A stretch of 63,002 bases of DNA, the filler included, from Circinaria calcarea (lineage: Eukaryota): the NCBI GenBank assembly GCA_051942165.1. It is 50 parts of 50 records of this genome, joined end to end, with 100 filler letters (N's around TTAATTAATTAA, not from the genome) between each part and the next. Parts side by side here need not be neighbours in the genome. Positions count along the whole stretch, not along the records: positions 36,778 to 37,934 come from JAVECS010005204.1; positions 38,035 to 39,191 come from JAVECS010005205.1; positions 39,292 to 40,448 come from JAVECS010005206.1; positions 40,549 to 41,705 come from JAVECS010005207.1; positions 41,806 to 42,962 come from JAVECS010005208.1; positions 43,063 to 44,219 come from JAVECS010005209.1; positions 44,320 to 45,476 come from JAVECS010005210.1; positions 45,577 to 46,732 come from JAVECS010005211.1; 42 more parts are not named here. One strand, given 5' to 3'. This document shows positions 36,795-49,243 of the stretch, piece after piece. The notes under the pieces are model-generated. The model made no database searches. It saw nothing but the letters and a program-made list of their open reading frames with translations, and was not told the origin of the DNA. The translations under genes were made by a program, and so were the position numbers. Numbering within the stretch: the first letter of the stretch is position 1; each line of letters opens with the position of its first letter.

Positions 36795-37934
36795 ATGCTA
36801 CTCGAAGCCTTCTACCGCGCCTGGAAAGACTCGGCTTCTCTATGTAACCGAGTGGACGAGAGTGTGTGCAAGATACTTACTACTTTGGTTGTCTTTGTCG
36901 GATCCCTCCTTCTTTGGCGCATCTGGAGATTCTCTATACTTCCTCTAGCACACGCCTCAGAGCCTCGAGAACTACCGTACTGGATCCCTTGTAAGAACCC
37001 TTACTCTTTCTTGCCATCGCATCTTCTAATAGCTTTCGATAGTTCTCGGTAAAATTCCCCGACTGACAAAGCTCGCTGCACGGCTGACATGTCAGGGCAT
37101 GCAAGAGCGTTCTTTGTAGACTCACAAGCTCTCTTAACCTATGGACGGTAAGCCTGCCGCAAAGCAATGTGTTTGTTGTAGCAGCTATGATGCACTCACG
37201 AGTCCGCATTTCTTACGGTGTTTAGTCGCTACTTCAAAAATACTAGAGAGCCGTTCTCCATTACAGTTGGAGGTACCAGGCTATACATCATAACGGCGCC
37301 GCAAGACATGTCTACAGTCTACAAAAACGAATCAACTCTTTCTTTCGACGATTTCATCCGGGATTTGGACAACGCTTTCGAGATGTCTCCCGGGGGCATC
37401 GAAAAAATGTGGCACATCCCTTCTGTTGAGAAGTCTTCCATACAAACTTCTAAAGATATGGCTCATAAGTGCCTGGTCCATTTAGGAAATGACATTCATC
37501 GGGCTCAGCTGCATCCTGGCGACCATTTGGAGGATTTGACTGAGAAGTTCATAGCTTATATCGATCAAGGGATTCGATGGAAGGGTGTCCTGAAATGTGA
37601 AATCTCGCCATCGTCAAAGGAAAAGAAAGAAACATCAGTTTCATTGTATAGATGGTGTGCTAACGTACTTGTTGAGGCGGCTACGAACGTCTTCTTTGGA
37701 GAATCTCTATTGCAGATGGAAACAAGTTTGATTGAAGATTTCTATGCCTTTGATGATGACAGTTGGATGCTGATGTATCGATATCCTCGATTTCTCGCCA
37801 GAGAATTTTACACTGCAAGAGACAAGAACACAAAGGCTTTTACACGCTACTTCGAACTCCCGGTGGACAAACGCTTAGGGGCATGTCACTACGTACGTAC
37901 TCTAGAGACAGAACAGCGTAGAGCGGGTATGGAT
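36795..37934 (+). CDS. Cytochrome P450 (CYP7/CYP8-like fungal clade), 5' half, two introns
   Basis: N-terminal TM, EPRELPYWIP|..GHARAFF, RYFKNTREPFSITVGG, KNESTLSFDDF, NVFFGESL; heme motif lies beyond the contig. Confidence 0.8.
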
Positions 37935-38034
37935 NNNNNNNNNNNNNNNNNNNNNNNNNNNNNNNNNNNNNNNNNNNNTTAATTAATTAANNNNNNNNNN
38001 NNNNNNNNNNNNNNNNNNNNNNNNNNNNNNNNNN

Positions 38035-38313
38035 TGCATCTGCTCCCAATCCATAAACTGTCTCGGTAGGAAAGGCAACGGGAGTGTCGGCAGACCGCAA
38101 CTTATCAGCTGCTTCGAGGAGATGTCTGCCGTCAAGAGAGTCCCTATCTACGTCAACGTGCCAGTCCTCCAAGAACGATCGACGAGAGTCACTGAAGTAA
38201 AAGTGTCCAATCCTTGAGACATCCACAGATAGGATGCTCGTTGTCCTTGGTGATTCATCATTGGAGTCCTTGACTCCATTTACGATGTCTGCCATCTTAT
38301 CCAACTGTCTCAT
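38035..38313 (-). CDS. SUA5: Threonylcarbamoyl-AMP synthase Sua5, 5' fragment (start uncertain)
   Basis: LLEAADKLR..PVAFPTETVYGLGADA. Confidence 0.9.
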
Positions 38314-38609
38314 TCTTCGAGGACCACGCAATGCCTTTGAATCTGATAGCAAAGACTTGGTTGGTGCATATTCTCGTAGTTACTTGTCGAATCCAAAAGA
38401 CAAAGGATATCTTTGAGATCTGATGCTACTTAAATTCTGATATCTGTTGACGTGCCAGAGCTACTGAAAAGGTGACCAGGATATCTGAGTGGCTGCTATG
38501 AGAATTGCCCAATGGAGCTCGGCGTCGTCAAACCTTAATTTGCAGCCCTACGGTTGTCGCCGGCTATTAGCGGATGTTGCCCCTTGAACTCCTTCTCCTC
38601 TATATCTAA

Positions 38610-39191
38610 TGTAGGGGTGGCACTGTATGCACACCCCTAGTACCTATACACACACCCCAATTACAATAGTTGCACACACCCCCAATTAGGCAATAAATTT
38701 TTATTTTTTTTAGGTATATCAAGGGTTCGGGTTAATGCCACATGACCTGGACCGTTATTTATCCGTGGCCAAGAACAGTCTATATCACGGGGTTAGGTCA
38801 GCGATATATGAAGGGTTTTAAAAGCCTAAATTTCTATATTACGGCGCATCTTTATTTTATGTAATAATAAAGCTCTAAAATCACTACATCTACATGCCAA
38901 AATCATGAGTTTCGGGCGTGAATTGGCATGGATTTTTTATTTAAAATCTTGATTTTAGGATTGCGCCCGTATAATAAGACTGAAAACTACGTTTTATAAT
39001 ATAGATTATATACTACGCGCGAGCTGCTTTATGATTACTATATCACTGATTTCTAGTTTTCACCACGTAAATAAAGGACTCTGTTTAAGCTATATTTAAG
39101 TTGATAGAGGATCTATAAGCGGCGTAATTTCTAATATACTTATATCACATACGAGCGTGGTGTATTGTGATATAATATATTTCGTTAAACT
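38610..39191. mobile_element. Probable DNA transposon terminus plus AT-rich degenerate body
   Basis: Three CACACCCC direct repeats at 38629-38683, then TpA-rich sequence. Confidence 0.35.
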
Positions 39192-39291
39192 NNNNNNNNN
39201 NNNNNNNNNNNNNNNNNNNNNNNNNNNNNNNNNNNTTAATTAATTAANNNNNNNNNNNNNNNNNNNNNNNNNNNNNNNNNNNNNNNNNNNN

Positions 39292-40058
39292 GATCTTCCG
39301 GCTGTGAATGCATCTATCGAAGGGCCAAACGGCGGTGATACCATTATATACAGGGATTACGTCGACATAAGTGTTGCTGTCGCCACAGAGAAAGGTCTGG
39401 TCACTCCTGTGGTTCGCAACACAGAGTCCCTGGATCTCGTCGGTATCGAACAAGCAATTGCTGTTCTAGGGAAAAAGGTTGATAACTATTCCCTTGCGCC
39501 ATTGTGCTATCTGATAACATTTTAGGCTCGCGATAATAAACTAACCATTGAGGATATGGCTGGCGGAACCTTTACTATCAGTAACGTATGGCTATAAATC
39601 TTCTATGGTATGGTTATAAATTGTTAGATTGGCTGTTGACTAGGCTATAGGGCGGAGTATTTGGCTCTCTGATGGGGACGCCTATCATCAATTTGCCACA
39701 AACAGGTGATCGAACATGAACAGATTGATAATAGTTGACTAATTCAGAACAGCGGTATTGGGGCTACATGCTATCAAGGAGAAGCCTGTGGCGATCGATG
39801 GCAAGGTTGACATTAGGCCGGTTAGCAACCTCTTCTGTATATACACATGGTGGTTTGCGGAGTGTTATGCTCACTACTCTTAGATGATGTACCTCGCCCT
39901 TACTTACGATCATCGTCTTTTGGACGGACGGGAAGCTGTAACATTTTTGGTTAAGGTATGTTGTATGCGTTCAGTGCTATTTTCCTAGGGCTCATACGAT
40001 CGCGCTACCTTAGGTTAAGGAGTACATTGAAGACCCCCGGAAAATGCTTCTAGGGTAA
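39292..40058 (+). CDS. KGD2: Dihydrolipoamide succinyltransferase (OGDH E2), C-terminal part with five short introns
   Basis: [76 protein letters not shown]. Confidence 0.96.
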
Positions 40059-40548
40059 AGCTGGTGGGGTGTATTTCCTTTGATAAGTCCATCCGTTTTG
40101 GCTCCCGTTACTGTAAATTACCAATATCAAAAGTAAAATTCCACCTGTAAGGATTTTTTACGAAGAATAGAATGATATTACGATAAGGGTCGGTAAATTG
40201 TGTGATAATGAGCTCAATGGGTTCGTATAAGCGTATGAATTATTGCTAAAGAGTTCTCGTGTAACGCTTCGCGAGGAAAACCTTTCTCGCTAAGCCAATA
40301 CCTCGTGACCTCGGTGTATAGTTCCCCCGTAGGGTTCGTAGGGGTTCTCCGGTAGAGCCCTTACAGGGGTTGAGGCCTCTACGAAATACTTATTAATTTT
40401 CTTTTTTCATAATGGTAATAAGCCGTTTAATATTAACCATTTCTAGCANNNNNNNNNNNNNNNNNNNNNNNNNNNNNNNNNNNNNNNNNNNNTTAATTAA
40501 TTAANNNNNNNNNNNNNNNNNNNNNNNNNNNNNNNNNNNNNNNNNNNN

Positions 40549-41705
40549 TATCCTAGGATCCTGGTCTCCATCACTCGATATCGAGAACGCCACTGTGTTG
40601 GTCCCAAAACTTCCCGAAGGACCGAGTTTAACCGGTGTGCCAGGAAGAGGCAGTGCCGAACCACCAGAAGTAATTATATCTCCTGCTACAGACATTTTGG
40701 AAGGAAATAGAGTCGACGTTGATCCACTAATAATTAAAGCTGTTGCAGAATCTGCAGGAGGATCTATTGCTATTGTAGGAGCTAGTCCAAAGGCGCTATA
40801 GACTATTCCTCCGATGTTTGGATCTGAAATGGCTGTGGAGGGTTGTTTAGGATCGACAGCTGGATCTGCTCCCTGAATACCAACAGCCGGAATGCTTGAA
40901 CCAGATTGCAGCTGTCCCAGAGGAAGTGGAGACTGTACCGGAGCTGCTGAACTCGGCTGTAGGCTTGTTAAAGTTTGCTCCGGATCGACTGAACTCGTGG
41001 TCCCAGGAATCGAAGCAGGTGTAGTATGTGATGGGAACGCTGTCGGGGAAGCAATGGAAGATGGTGATTGCGCAGGCGCAGGCACAGAGCCTCCAGACAC
41101 ACCTGGCGAAGCCATCGAAGTAATTTCAGGAGGCGCAATTGTCAAGGACATGGGACTTATACCAGCATGGGGGGTCAGCGCGTAAGGAGGATCGTATATG
41201 GCCCACGAAGTAAGAAAATCGCCATATCTGCTAAAGGCCGGGCATCTTCGCCAGTCGGGATCAAAGTCCATTAACTGCTTAGGTGGCTCAATCAACGGAT
41301 TAAAAGGAGGTTCTACAACCAGCCATTCAGCTGATCTGGTTTCGGCAAAACCCCAGGTCGGACACTTGAGGTCTTGTACATCAATAGCCTTTGTATATTC
41401 GGCCTGAAAAAATTTGTCCTGGATAGAAATAGTACTTCCAACTGGGGTATTCCAAGAGTAGGACGATAAAGCTCCTGGGGGAAAAGGCATAATTAAGCTT
41501 GTATATCGAGCACCCACTTGCCCACAATTATCTGTCACGTCTGCTGTACCAATAACTTGTAGATAGATTGAGGGTGATGTACTGTAGGTTTGTTAGTTAA
41601 GCAGTCTGTCCCGGGCTGGCGTAACGTACAATGTGTACCCACTGAGAACGGTAGTGACGAGTGGATCTGCCCGCTTCTGAATAGCCGTTGTAGTCGCTAT
41701 TAAAG
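40549..41705 (-). CDS. Ser/Thr/Pro-rich probable cell-surface protein, internal fragment
   Basis: Cys-containing domain (DNCGQVG..DLKCPTWG..DPDWRRC..YDPPYALTP) followed by a mucin-like tract. Confidence 0.65.
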
Positions 41706-41849
41706 NNNNNNNNNNNNNNNNNNNNNNNNNNNNNNNNNNNNNNNNNNNNTTAATTAATTAANNNNNNNNNNNNNNNNNNNNNNNNNNNNNNNNNNNNNNN
41801 NNNNNCCCAACCTCCGCTAACCCCTTCCCCTCCCTTCTCCAAAATCCAG

Positions 41850-42160
41850 CCTACGGCTACTCCTGCTCCGTCATCGCCACCAATAACGCCGCCCTCCAAT
41901 CGCTCGCCACGGGCGCCGTCGCCGCCATCAAAGCCGTCTACGGCACCGTCTTCCGCTCCGGCCCCATCTGCAGCACCATCTACCAGGCCACGGGGTCTAG
42001 CGTCGATTACGTCAACGATGTCGCCAAGGCCCAGTATACCTTTACGACGGAGCTGCGGGACACGGGCACGTATGGCTTCGTGCTGCCGGCGAATCAGATC
42101 CTGCCCAGTGCCGTCGAGGCGTTTGCCGGCGTGAGGTATTTGTTGGCGAATATGCAGTAG
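41850..42160 (+). CDS. Zinc carboxypeptidase A (M14A), last exon
   Basis: YGYSC..SGPICSTIYQATGSSVDY..FTTELRDTGTYGFVLPANQILP. Not in the ORF track. Confidence 0.92.
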
Positions 42161-42487
42161 ATGTAGATGTGGTATGGTCTTAGGTGGAGGTTGGTGGGGG
42201 AGGGAGGCGGCCCCGAGGTTTGGGGTCGATTATCTATCTATCTATCCTATACCCTAATTAACTAAGCCAAAGTACGGCTGTATCACAATATAACATAAAC
42301 ACTCCCATTTTTATTTCCTCTATCCGAGTTACATCACATGTAAACATGTAAACATGGAGAAATTAAAAGCCGCGTCCGAGTTTTCCTTCCTTCCCCTCCA
42401 AAAAAAGAAAAAAAAGAAAAGAGACCCCTACCCTACCCTACAATAGAAATACCCCTCTACCCCTCTCCCACTCTCCCAATTCTCCAT

Positions 42488-42584
42488 CCCGTTTCCCGTT
42501 TCCCGTTTCCCGTTTCCCGTTTCCCGTTTCCCGTTTCCCGTTTCCCGTTTCCCGTTTCCCGTTTCCCGTTTCCCGTTTCCCGTT
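42488..42584 (+). repeat. (CCCGTTT)n perfect heptamer array, ~14 units
   Basis: Direct reading. Confidence 0.97.
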
Positions 42585-43503
42585 GTTTGTTTGTTATTCT
42601 GTTACTGAAACCCCACGGGTACGATGCGGTACAGGAAAGATAGAGTAGGGGATGGGAGGGAAGGAGAGGGTATAGAAGGGACGGTATAAAAGGGGACGGT
42701 ATAAAAGGGAAGGGACGGTAGGGTAGGCGACGGGTACGGATCACTCCGCAAGGGGCTATCAATCATCATCAACGCCAGCCAGCCAGCCAGTCTCTCTCCG
42801 GATAGGGAATTTTTCCACAACAAAACTACCCCAAGTTTTGCATTTCTTTTATTGAAGGAAGAACAGCTGGAACAGATATATATATATATATCAGAGGGAT
42901 TAGCACCTAATATCAGGAAGGAGTTCCTTGTTTTTTCCTATTAAATTTCCCCCCCCTCTTTTNNNNNNNNNNNNNNNNNNNNNNNNNNNNNNNNNNNNNN
43001 NNNNNNTTAATTAATTAANNNNNNNNNNNNNNNNNNNNNNNNNNNNNNNNNNNNNNNNNNNNCCCCGGACCCAAGATCAAGCCCGCCCCTGGATAAAAAC
43101 CGGGAAGATTGGGGGTAAATGGGAGGAAGGGAGAGAAGTAAAAGAACCGATATGTTTAACTGACTGTGGAGATTGTAGCTATAGACGGGGAGAGGAATAG
43201 GAATAGGAATAGGTGTGGTTTATCTAATAGGGGTAGGGAAGGAGTAGAAAGGCAAGGACCACAGGAGGGTGTTGGTGGGGAATATATCGGGAACGTCTGG
43301 GACTTTCGTATTAGAATTGGAGTGGTGGTGGTGCGGGAGAAGAAGAATAGAGTTAAAGAGATCAGTCGGTGGAAAGAGGAAACCTAAAATGGTCAATGGT
43401 TCCATTGAAATGTCATGCAAGATAGATATGAGCCCCATCGATTAATTTATGCAGTAGGTTCCATGCTTTTGGAAGTGTAATATATTGCCAAGACTAAGAA
43501 GTA

Positions 43504-44219
43504 CTACCTCCTCCGATTATTCGACAACAGATTCGAACGAGCGCTGACTCCGAGTTTGTGCACTCCCCCTCTGCGATCCCAGACCCCACTGTTACCTTCG
43601 ACAACCGAGATGAGTTCCTCGGCGACCTTTTGCGCGAAGCCTCCACGGCCACTCCCTCGATTCCGTCGTTTGCTGGCGGCATCAAGGATCCACAGCACCG
43701 CCTGTCTCCGCCGCTGTCGGAGCCCGAGCGGGACAGGGATTTGCAAAGCCACACCACCTCCTGCTGCGCCTTTTTGCGATCGGATCCGAACAAGAGGCGC
43801 GACGGAGTCTATTGCGAGTGTGAGGTAGAGGATGGGATTGAGAGGGAGATGCGAAGGAGGTGGCGCCCCGGGGATTAGGGGTCGAGTTGGGTTGATTATG
43901 GGGGAGCTGGCAGTCCGGAGGTGGTTGAGGATCATGGCCATATTCTGGAATGGTTCAAAAGTTAGCAAATGATGTCGAGACGAGACCAATTGTAGGATTC
44001 GCGATAAGAGCAGAGGAACTGACGAGCGTACCCTCTGAGCCACACTCAGCTTGCCATCCTTCATCAAGAGGTTTGTGACTTGTTGGACCACGGGATCGTA
44101 ACGGTGCTTCATGTGGGAGGTGCTCGGTATCGGTAACTCTGGCAGTCCAAACTTGTGGCCTTGGGTCTCAATGCCTGCGTCTTCGAAGCTGATCATTGCC
44201 TCTTGCTGCCTCCGTGCTG
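43504..44219 (-). CDS. RSM7: Mitochondrial ribosomal protein S7, 5'-truncated, one intron (~44030-43945)
   Basis: RYDPVVQQVTNLLMKDGKLSVAQR|NMAMILNHLR..LAIDSVAPL..PVPLGLRQRRRQA..ARSN. Confidence 0.93.
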
Positions 44220-44319
44220 NNNNNNNNNNNNNNNNNNNNNNNNNNNNNNNNNNNNNNNNNNNNTTAATTAATTAANNNNNNNNNNNNNNNNNNNNNNNNN
44301 NNNNNNNNNNNNNNNNNNN

Positions 44320-44528
44320 GGAGCGCCGGCAATGCCCGAAGTATCCGCTTGAAGGAAGTAGATTTGGTTTGTCGGATTTTGGTCAACGGCGCCGGCGAGC
44401 AGAACGAGGAAGATGAGGAGGCATGCGCCGGCTATGAGGATGAGGGAGGCGAAGGCGAAGTATGGTCCTTGAGATGGTCAGCTCAGTGATCAAAGATTGG
44501 AGGAGATTTGAAGCGCACGTGGGGTCAT
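44320..44528 (-). CDS. SUR7: SUR7/PalI family membrane protein, 5' fragment
   Basis: MTP|RPYFAFASLILIAGACLLIFLVLLAGAVDQNPTNQIYFLQADTSGIAGA. Not in the ORF track. Confidence 0.75.
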
Positions 44529-46144
44529 CTTGGTTGTACTCGATCGATAACTAAGATGCAGTTGCCCTAGCTGAAGAAGTAAGCTATCATAGAATTATGA
44601 ACAAATATATTCTCTTAGTCGATTGCACTGCGAAGTAGGAAAAGCAATACATACCGATCAATAATAAAAGGGAAGCAGGTTGGACGGTGAGCGGAGATGG
44701 ATGGGAAGGGGGACGACGACGACGAGCTGTTCGTCTTCATCGTCGGAGGTTACGCTGCCTGACGTAACAGTAACGTTTAGCTCGAGTGTGGCTTGACTAT
44801 TACGAGTTAACTCGGGCTTAGGTCGCTTGGCCTGTTCCGGTAAGGCACTCTAAGGGATTAAGGGTAGCTTTGCGTCATCGCAGTTCAGTTAAGATTTGAA
44901 AAAGGACGCTTCACATATCTAATCCGGTTAGGCGGCCTGTCTTTTTCATTTGGAGGAGCTCCCTAGTGTATCGTGGGATATACAGCGAGAAGAGGGGGCC
45001 CGTCTGAGTGACAGATGATTTAAAATAAGCGATCCTTCGACCCCATCTTCCCACGCATCCTATTCGAGTGTTGCATTCGGATTCGTGGAAAAGAAGGTAC
45101 GGTAGGCCTTGCATGCAGTGGTAGAATATCCACGCAATCAAACCGTTGGCCAAAGGCTATGGTCACGCGGCCATGTTGACCATAGTGTGGCCTCCGATAC
45201 CTCAGCATGAGCTCATCCAGGAGGAGGAAGCGACGTTAGTGAGAGACCTTGTTTGCAACATATTACTGTTTGTTGTCTTTGGGGCTAAGTGTAACCCTAA
45301 CGCTAGGCACGAGAGCTGGAGTGGTTACTCAACAGCTTACAAGAGACGTTGGCCTCTTTGAAGAGTGGATTGGAAGAATGCATCGCTCTGCTGGCACCAA
45401 AGGAGCCCGGCTCGACGCTGGTTATCTCCTCAATCAGATCCGAAAGCGTCAAGGGCTATATCACTCGAGTCGGGACNNNNNNNNNNNNNNNNNNNNNNNN
45501 NNNNNNNNNNNNNNNNNNNNTTAATTAATTAANNNNNNNNNNNNNNNNNNNNNNNNNNNNNNNNNNNNNNNNNNNNAGACAAAGGGAGTCCTGAGTAACC
45601 AATGAAGGGTCCCCCGTGTACCCCGTGTATCCCCGTATCAAGTGATCCCCACAGCAACGCGCAACCGGGTCAGCAAAGCAAACCAAACCAAAGCACAGAA
45701 TGGAAGGGTTGCAAGTCTCGTTCCGGAACTCGTTCGGATTCGGATTCGGATGGGAGAGTTGGTTTTTTTTTTCTTTTTTTTCGGGTTTTTTTTCTCTCCC
45801 TTCCTTCCCACGGGGGCGGACAAGGAGTAGAGTAGAGAAGAGAGGGGCGGAGAAAAAAGGAAAAAGGAAAGAGAAAGGAAAAAGGTGTGGACTTCGGACG
45901 AGAGATGTGCGGGTTTGCTAAAAACCGATTCATTGTTCTTGGGAGGAGCTATTGGATATCGGACACGGTCAAGAATGAGCGCACATAATCCGTCCCCCCT
46001 CTTCTCCTCGCTCTTCTCTTCTCCTTCCCTTTGCCCTTTTTCCTTCCTAATTAGCTCGCCCCTTTTTTCTATCGAGACCCCCCCCCCCAAACCCGGGTAC
46101 CTCCTATAATACCTTCCCTTTCCCTGCCTAACGCTACTGATCCC

Positions 46145-46732
46145 TTAACCTCTATACAACCCCCTCAACTCCTCATACATCCTCCCCAGCGCTCTCATAC
46201 CTTCTTCCCCAATCGTATTCCCTGGCACCGGCGGTGGTGGGTCCATAATGGCCGGCATAGCGGGGATTGCACTTGCGGGTTTGTGGGAGCGGTCGGCGAT
46301 GGACGCGAGGTAGGCAAGGTTGCTTTGGAGACGGCGCATGCATCTGGTGGAGTTTTAGTGCGGGATTAATGGGATATCAGGTACGAGTAAGACGAAATGG
46401 CAAAGGAGAAAAGGCAAGAAGGAAGGGAAAAAATGGAAGAGGAGGGAGAATAAATTTGTATGGGTATAAAGTAGAAAGATTGCCGATATGCGGTATATTG
46501 ATAGCTCCGGATACTGCCGAGATTTAAGAAATTTATATCTAACATACTCGATATACTCCCGACTACTAACTGGGGGTTTCACTTTCGAAGCCGATCCATC
46601 TGTACTGCTGGCCGCATCCTTACCATCGCCGCCTTCTTTCGTCGCATCAGCATCTCCCTCCGCTCCAGCCGGTGAGGCTTGGCCTGGTGGCTGACCTTGC
46701 TGTGCTGGCGTTTGAGCTGGCCCACCTGCTCG
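46145..46732 (-). CDS. Fungal glutamine-rich protein with SS18/SSXT-like C-terminal helix, 3' fragment with one intron
   Basis: SREYIE|CMRRLQSNLAYLASIADRSHKP. Confidence 0.7.
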
Positions 46733-46832
46733 NNNNNNNNNNNNNNNNNNNNNNNNNNNNNNNNNNNNNNNNNNNNTTAATTAATTAANNNNNNNNNNNN
46801 NNNNNNNNNNNNNNNNNNNNNNNNNNNNNNNN

Positions 46833-47133
46833 TCTTCTTGGACACCCCGAATACGTTGTTCCAAGATGGAGGAGACCTCTGTTGGCGAGGCTTTGGCATC
46901 GGCAGCATAGTTGCGAGCTTGCTTGGACGCGGCATTGTACAGCGCGGGGGTCTTGGTTCGAGTCTGAATGACGTTAAATCTTAACAATCATATTTCTAGA
47001 CAGTGCTGATATGATATCTAGAATGTAGGCAAGCTTGGTGATGATGGATCGGTTGGCTTACCACGCCCACTCTGCTGGTGGCAGTGACTGCTCCCACCGT
47101 ACGACTTGACTGCCGCAGTGCGTTCCGGAACAT
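46833..47133 (-). CDS. ATP1: Mitochondrial ATP synthase F1 alpha subunit, 5' fragment with one intron
   Basis: MFRNALRQSSRTVGAV..|..YAADAKASPTEVSSILEQRIRGVQE. Confidence 0.95.
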
Positions 47134-47738
47134 GCTGACAGACGATTGTGATTCAGACGCGGTACGATGAGATCCCTTTCGCGATCACAATCCTGATTGC
47201 AATTGATAATGGGCGAGAGACGGCGGATTGTGGAGAGCTTTGCTTGTCGTTGAAAGCAGAGTCGTCGGCAGAATTAGGAAGCGGAGCTAGCCCGACTTAG
47301 TCGACTCTGATTGGTCTAGGACGCAAAGAGAAATACTCGCGGCCAGTGGGCAAAAATCGTTTCAGCTGAAAGTTCCCACTAACTATGGCTTTACTCTGTA
47401 ATGAGAATTCTTTTACATTCAAGGTCTTGTATGAATCGACCAGGCTGTGATGTATATGTGAGGAGTCTTCCAGTATCATATTATTTTCAGCAACGACTTT
47501 TGCTCATCCGCCTCGACTACGTTTTCGTACTACCGAGTACATAATCCGAGTCCAATATCTGCGTCTGAATGAATTGTGGAAGCCATTGCTTACAGACTAA
47601 GCTGCATAGCGCTCATTCTATTTGGACACTATTCGCGGTCAGCATCTCTAAAGACCATCTTCTCCGCTGGACTCCGTTTCAGTTGCTCTGGAGGTTACGA
47701 TGAAGACTTAGTTGATAGCAGTATGCAGCCCATCTGGA

Positions 47739-47988
47739 ATGCCAGGCCTCTTGGATCTCCCTTGCGAGCTGAGGGAAGTAATCTGGAAATACACGGTTCT
47801 CGAGTGGATAGGCACTTCCGATTATATCAATCCCATCGTACTTCTCGCAAACTCCCCAGCCAAGCTGCTGCGAACATGTCACCAGGTCGATGAAGAGCTC
47901 TCGCCTTTAGTTTACGGGATTCCGGTGTTTTATCTATACGCACCGCATCATGCATATCAATGGGTTGCCTCCTTAGGTGCCCGGAACA
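47739..47988 (+). CDS. F-box-like hypothetical protein, 5' fragment
   Basis: MPGLLDLPCELREVIWKY..LLRTCHQV..EELSPLVYG. Confidence 0.6.
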
Positions 47989-48088
47989 NNNNNNNNNNNN
48001 NNNNNNNNNNNNNNNNNNNNNNNNNNNNNNNNTTAATTAATTAANNNNNNNNNNNNNNNNNNNNNNNNNNNNNNNNNNNNNNNNNNNN

Positions 48089-48247
48089 ATTCCGTTCTTG
48101 TCTTTGCCCCAAAGGAGAAGCATTATTCGACGACAATTCACGGAGTTATATCCCACCATGGATTCGAAAGGAAATCGAAAGTCCAAGCGAAATGGAACGC
48201 CACTCTGCAAGACACTCGAGGGCCACAGCGGCTGGATCACCGCAATA
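48089..48247 (+). pseudogene. Frameshifted relic of a HET-E-like NACHT-WD40 NLR
   Basis: Across frameshifts: SVLVFAPK/RSIIRRQF../WI../KVQAKWNATLQ/TLEGHSGWITA. Confidence 0.7.
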
Positions 48248-48761
48248 CGTAATGGTTCGTTAACATTACGATTGGGATAACCGATGGAGGTAACAGAGTA
48301 TATTCTCTCGCTATTTAGAACTGAAGCTGCTTTGCCTATACGCTTCAAAGATGCCCCGAACCATAATTCATTATACGAGTCCTTTTTTTATAGAGGTTAC
48401 GTCGACCAAAAAATGCCTGAGCACAAGCGGAAATATAATTGCTGTGGAGGAAAACAGCCTTCTTTTGACAGCAGGATGTAAGGCGGCAAAAACGATTTAT
48501 CGTTAAGAATATGGTAGGCTTATCTCGTGGCTAACAATAACCAAGGATACCCCGTACAGCGAAAAGCGTGGTTGCAGAACCCTAAAAGAAAACGTTTTGT
48601 AGAGTAGTCCGCTTCGTGGTGAAGAAACGAGGAAAGCTTCGGCGGCATTTTGGGTAGCGAAACGAGCAGAGCTCATAGAGCCACCTCTGCACATTAAAGG
48701 GTTCACATGATGAAGTAGAAGTTCTCACTGGTCCGTGCACGGCCCCGGCGGTCGATGTATA

Positions 48762-49065
48762 ACTTGGGGGTTTAGTTTTTTTTGTTATGCTCGGAGGATG
48801 TTAGGTAGGCCCAGAATAATAGTGCTCCCAGTTAATTAATACCTCATCTGCAAGGCCACCCCCGTCTGGCTTTATATAGCTTTATTATACATCCATTACG
48901 GAGTTATATTATGCTAGTAGAGCCCTTCTGGCCAATATACCGGCTTAGATTCTGCGCCAATAAGGTAGGCCTACCACCTGGGCTTTATAACATCTGGCTT
49001 AGAATATCAGTGCCGGGCTACCGTGCATAATATTGTTCTTACTAGAAAAAGCTAAACCCCCCAAC
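48762..49065 (+). repeat. Palindromic ~300-bp dispersed element, copy D (RIP-like transitions)
   Basis: TTGGGGGTTTAG..TGTTATGCTCGGAGG..CTGCAAGG..ATATAGCTTTATTA-tacatcca-TTACGGAGTTATAT..CCGTGCATAA..CTAAACCCCCCAAC; colinear with the reverse complement of copy A. Confidence 0.8.
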
Positions 49066-49069
49066 TCTT

Positions 49070-49243
49070 TATAAGAGTGCTAGGATAGGCTAGACTTGTA
49101 TAAGGGATAGAGTTCACTCCCGTGGTGCACGATTACCGGAACAGTAATATTGGTCTATTGTTTATTCCGTATGTGTCTAGACATAAGCATGCTATTTTAA
49201 AGAGCGGGAATAGCCTGCCTGCCTATATAATACGTTGCTTCAC
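49070..49243 (-). mobile_element. 3' half of an LTR related to 61982-62348
   Basis: Reverse complement ..ATCCCTTATACAAGTCTAGCCTATCCTAGCACTCTTATA matches 62309-62348. Confidence 0.75.

Noticed and set aside
42488..42584. (CCCGTTT)n as a telomere, and ORF 42457-42762
   Set aside because: Internal to the contig, not TTAGGG; the ORF is a translation of the microsatellite.
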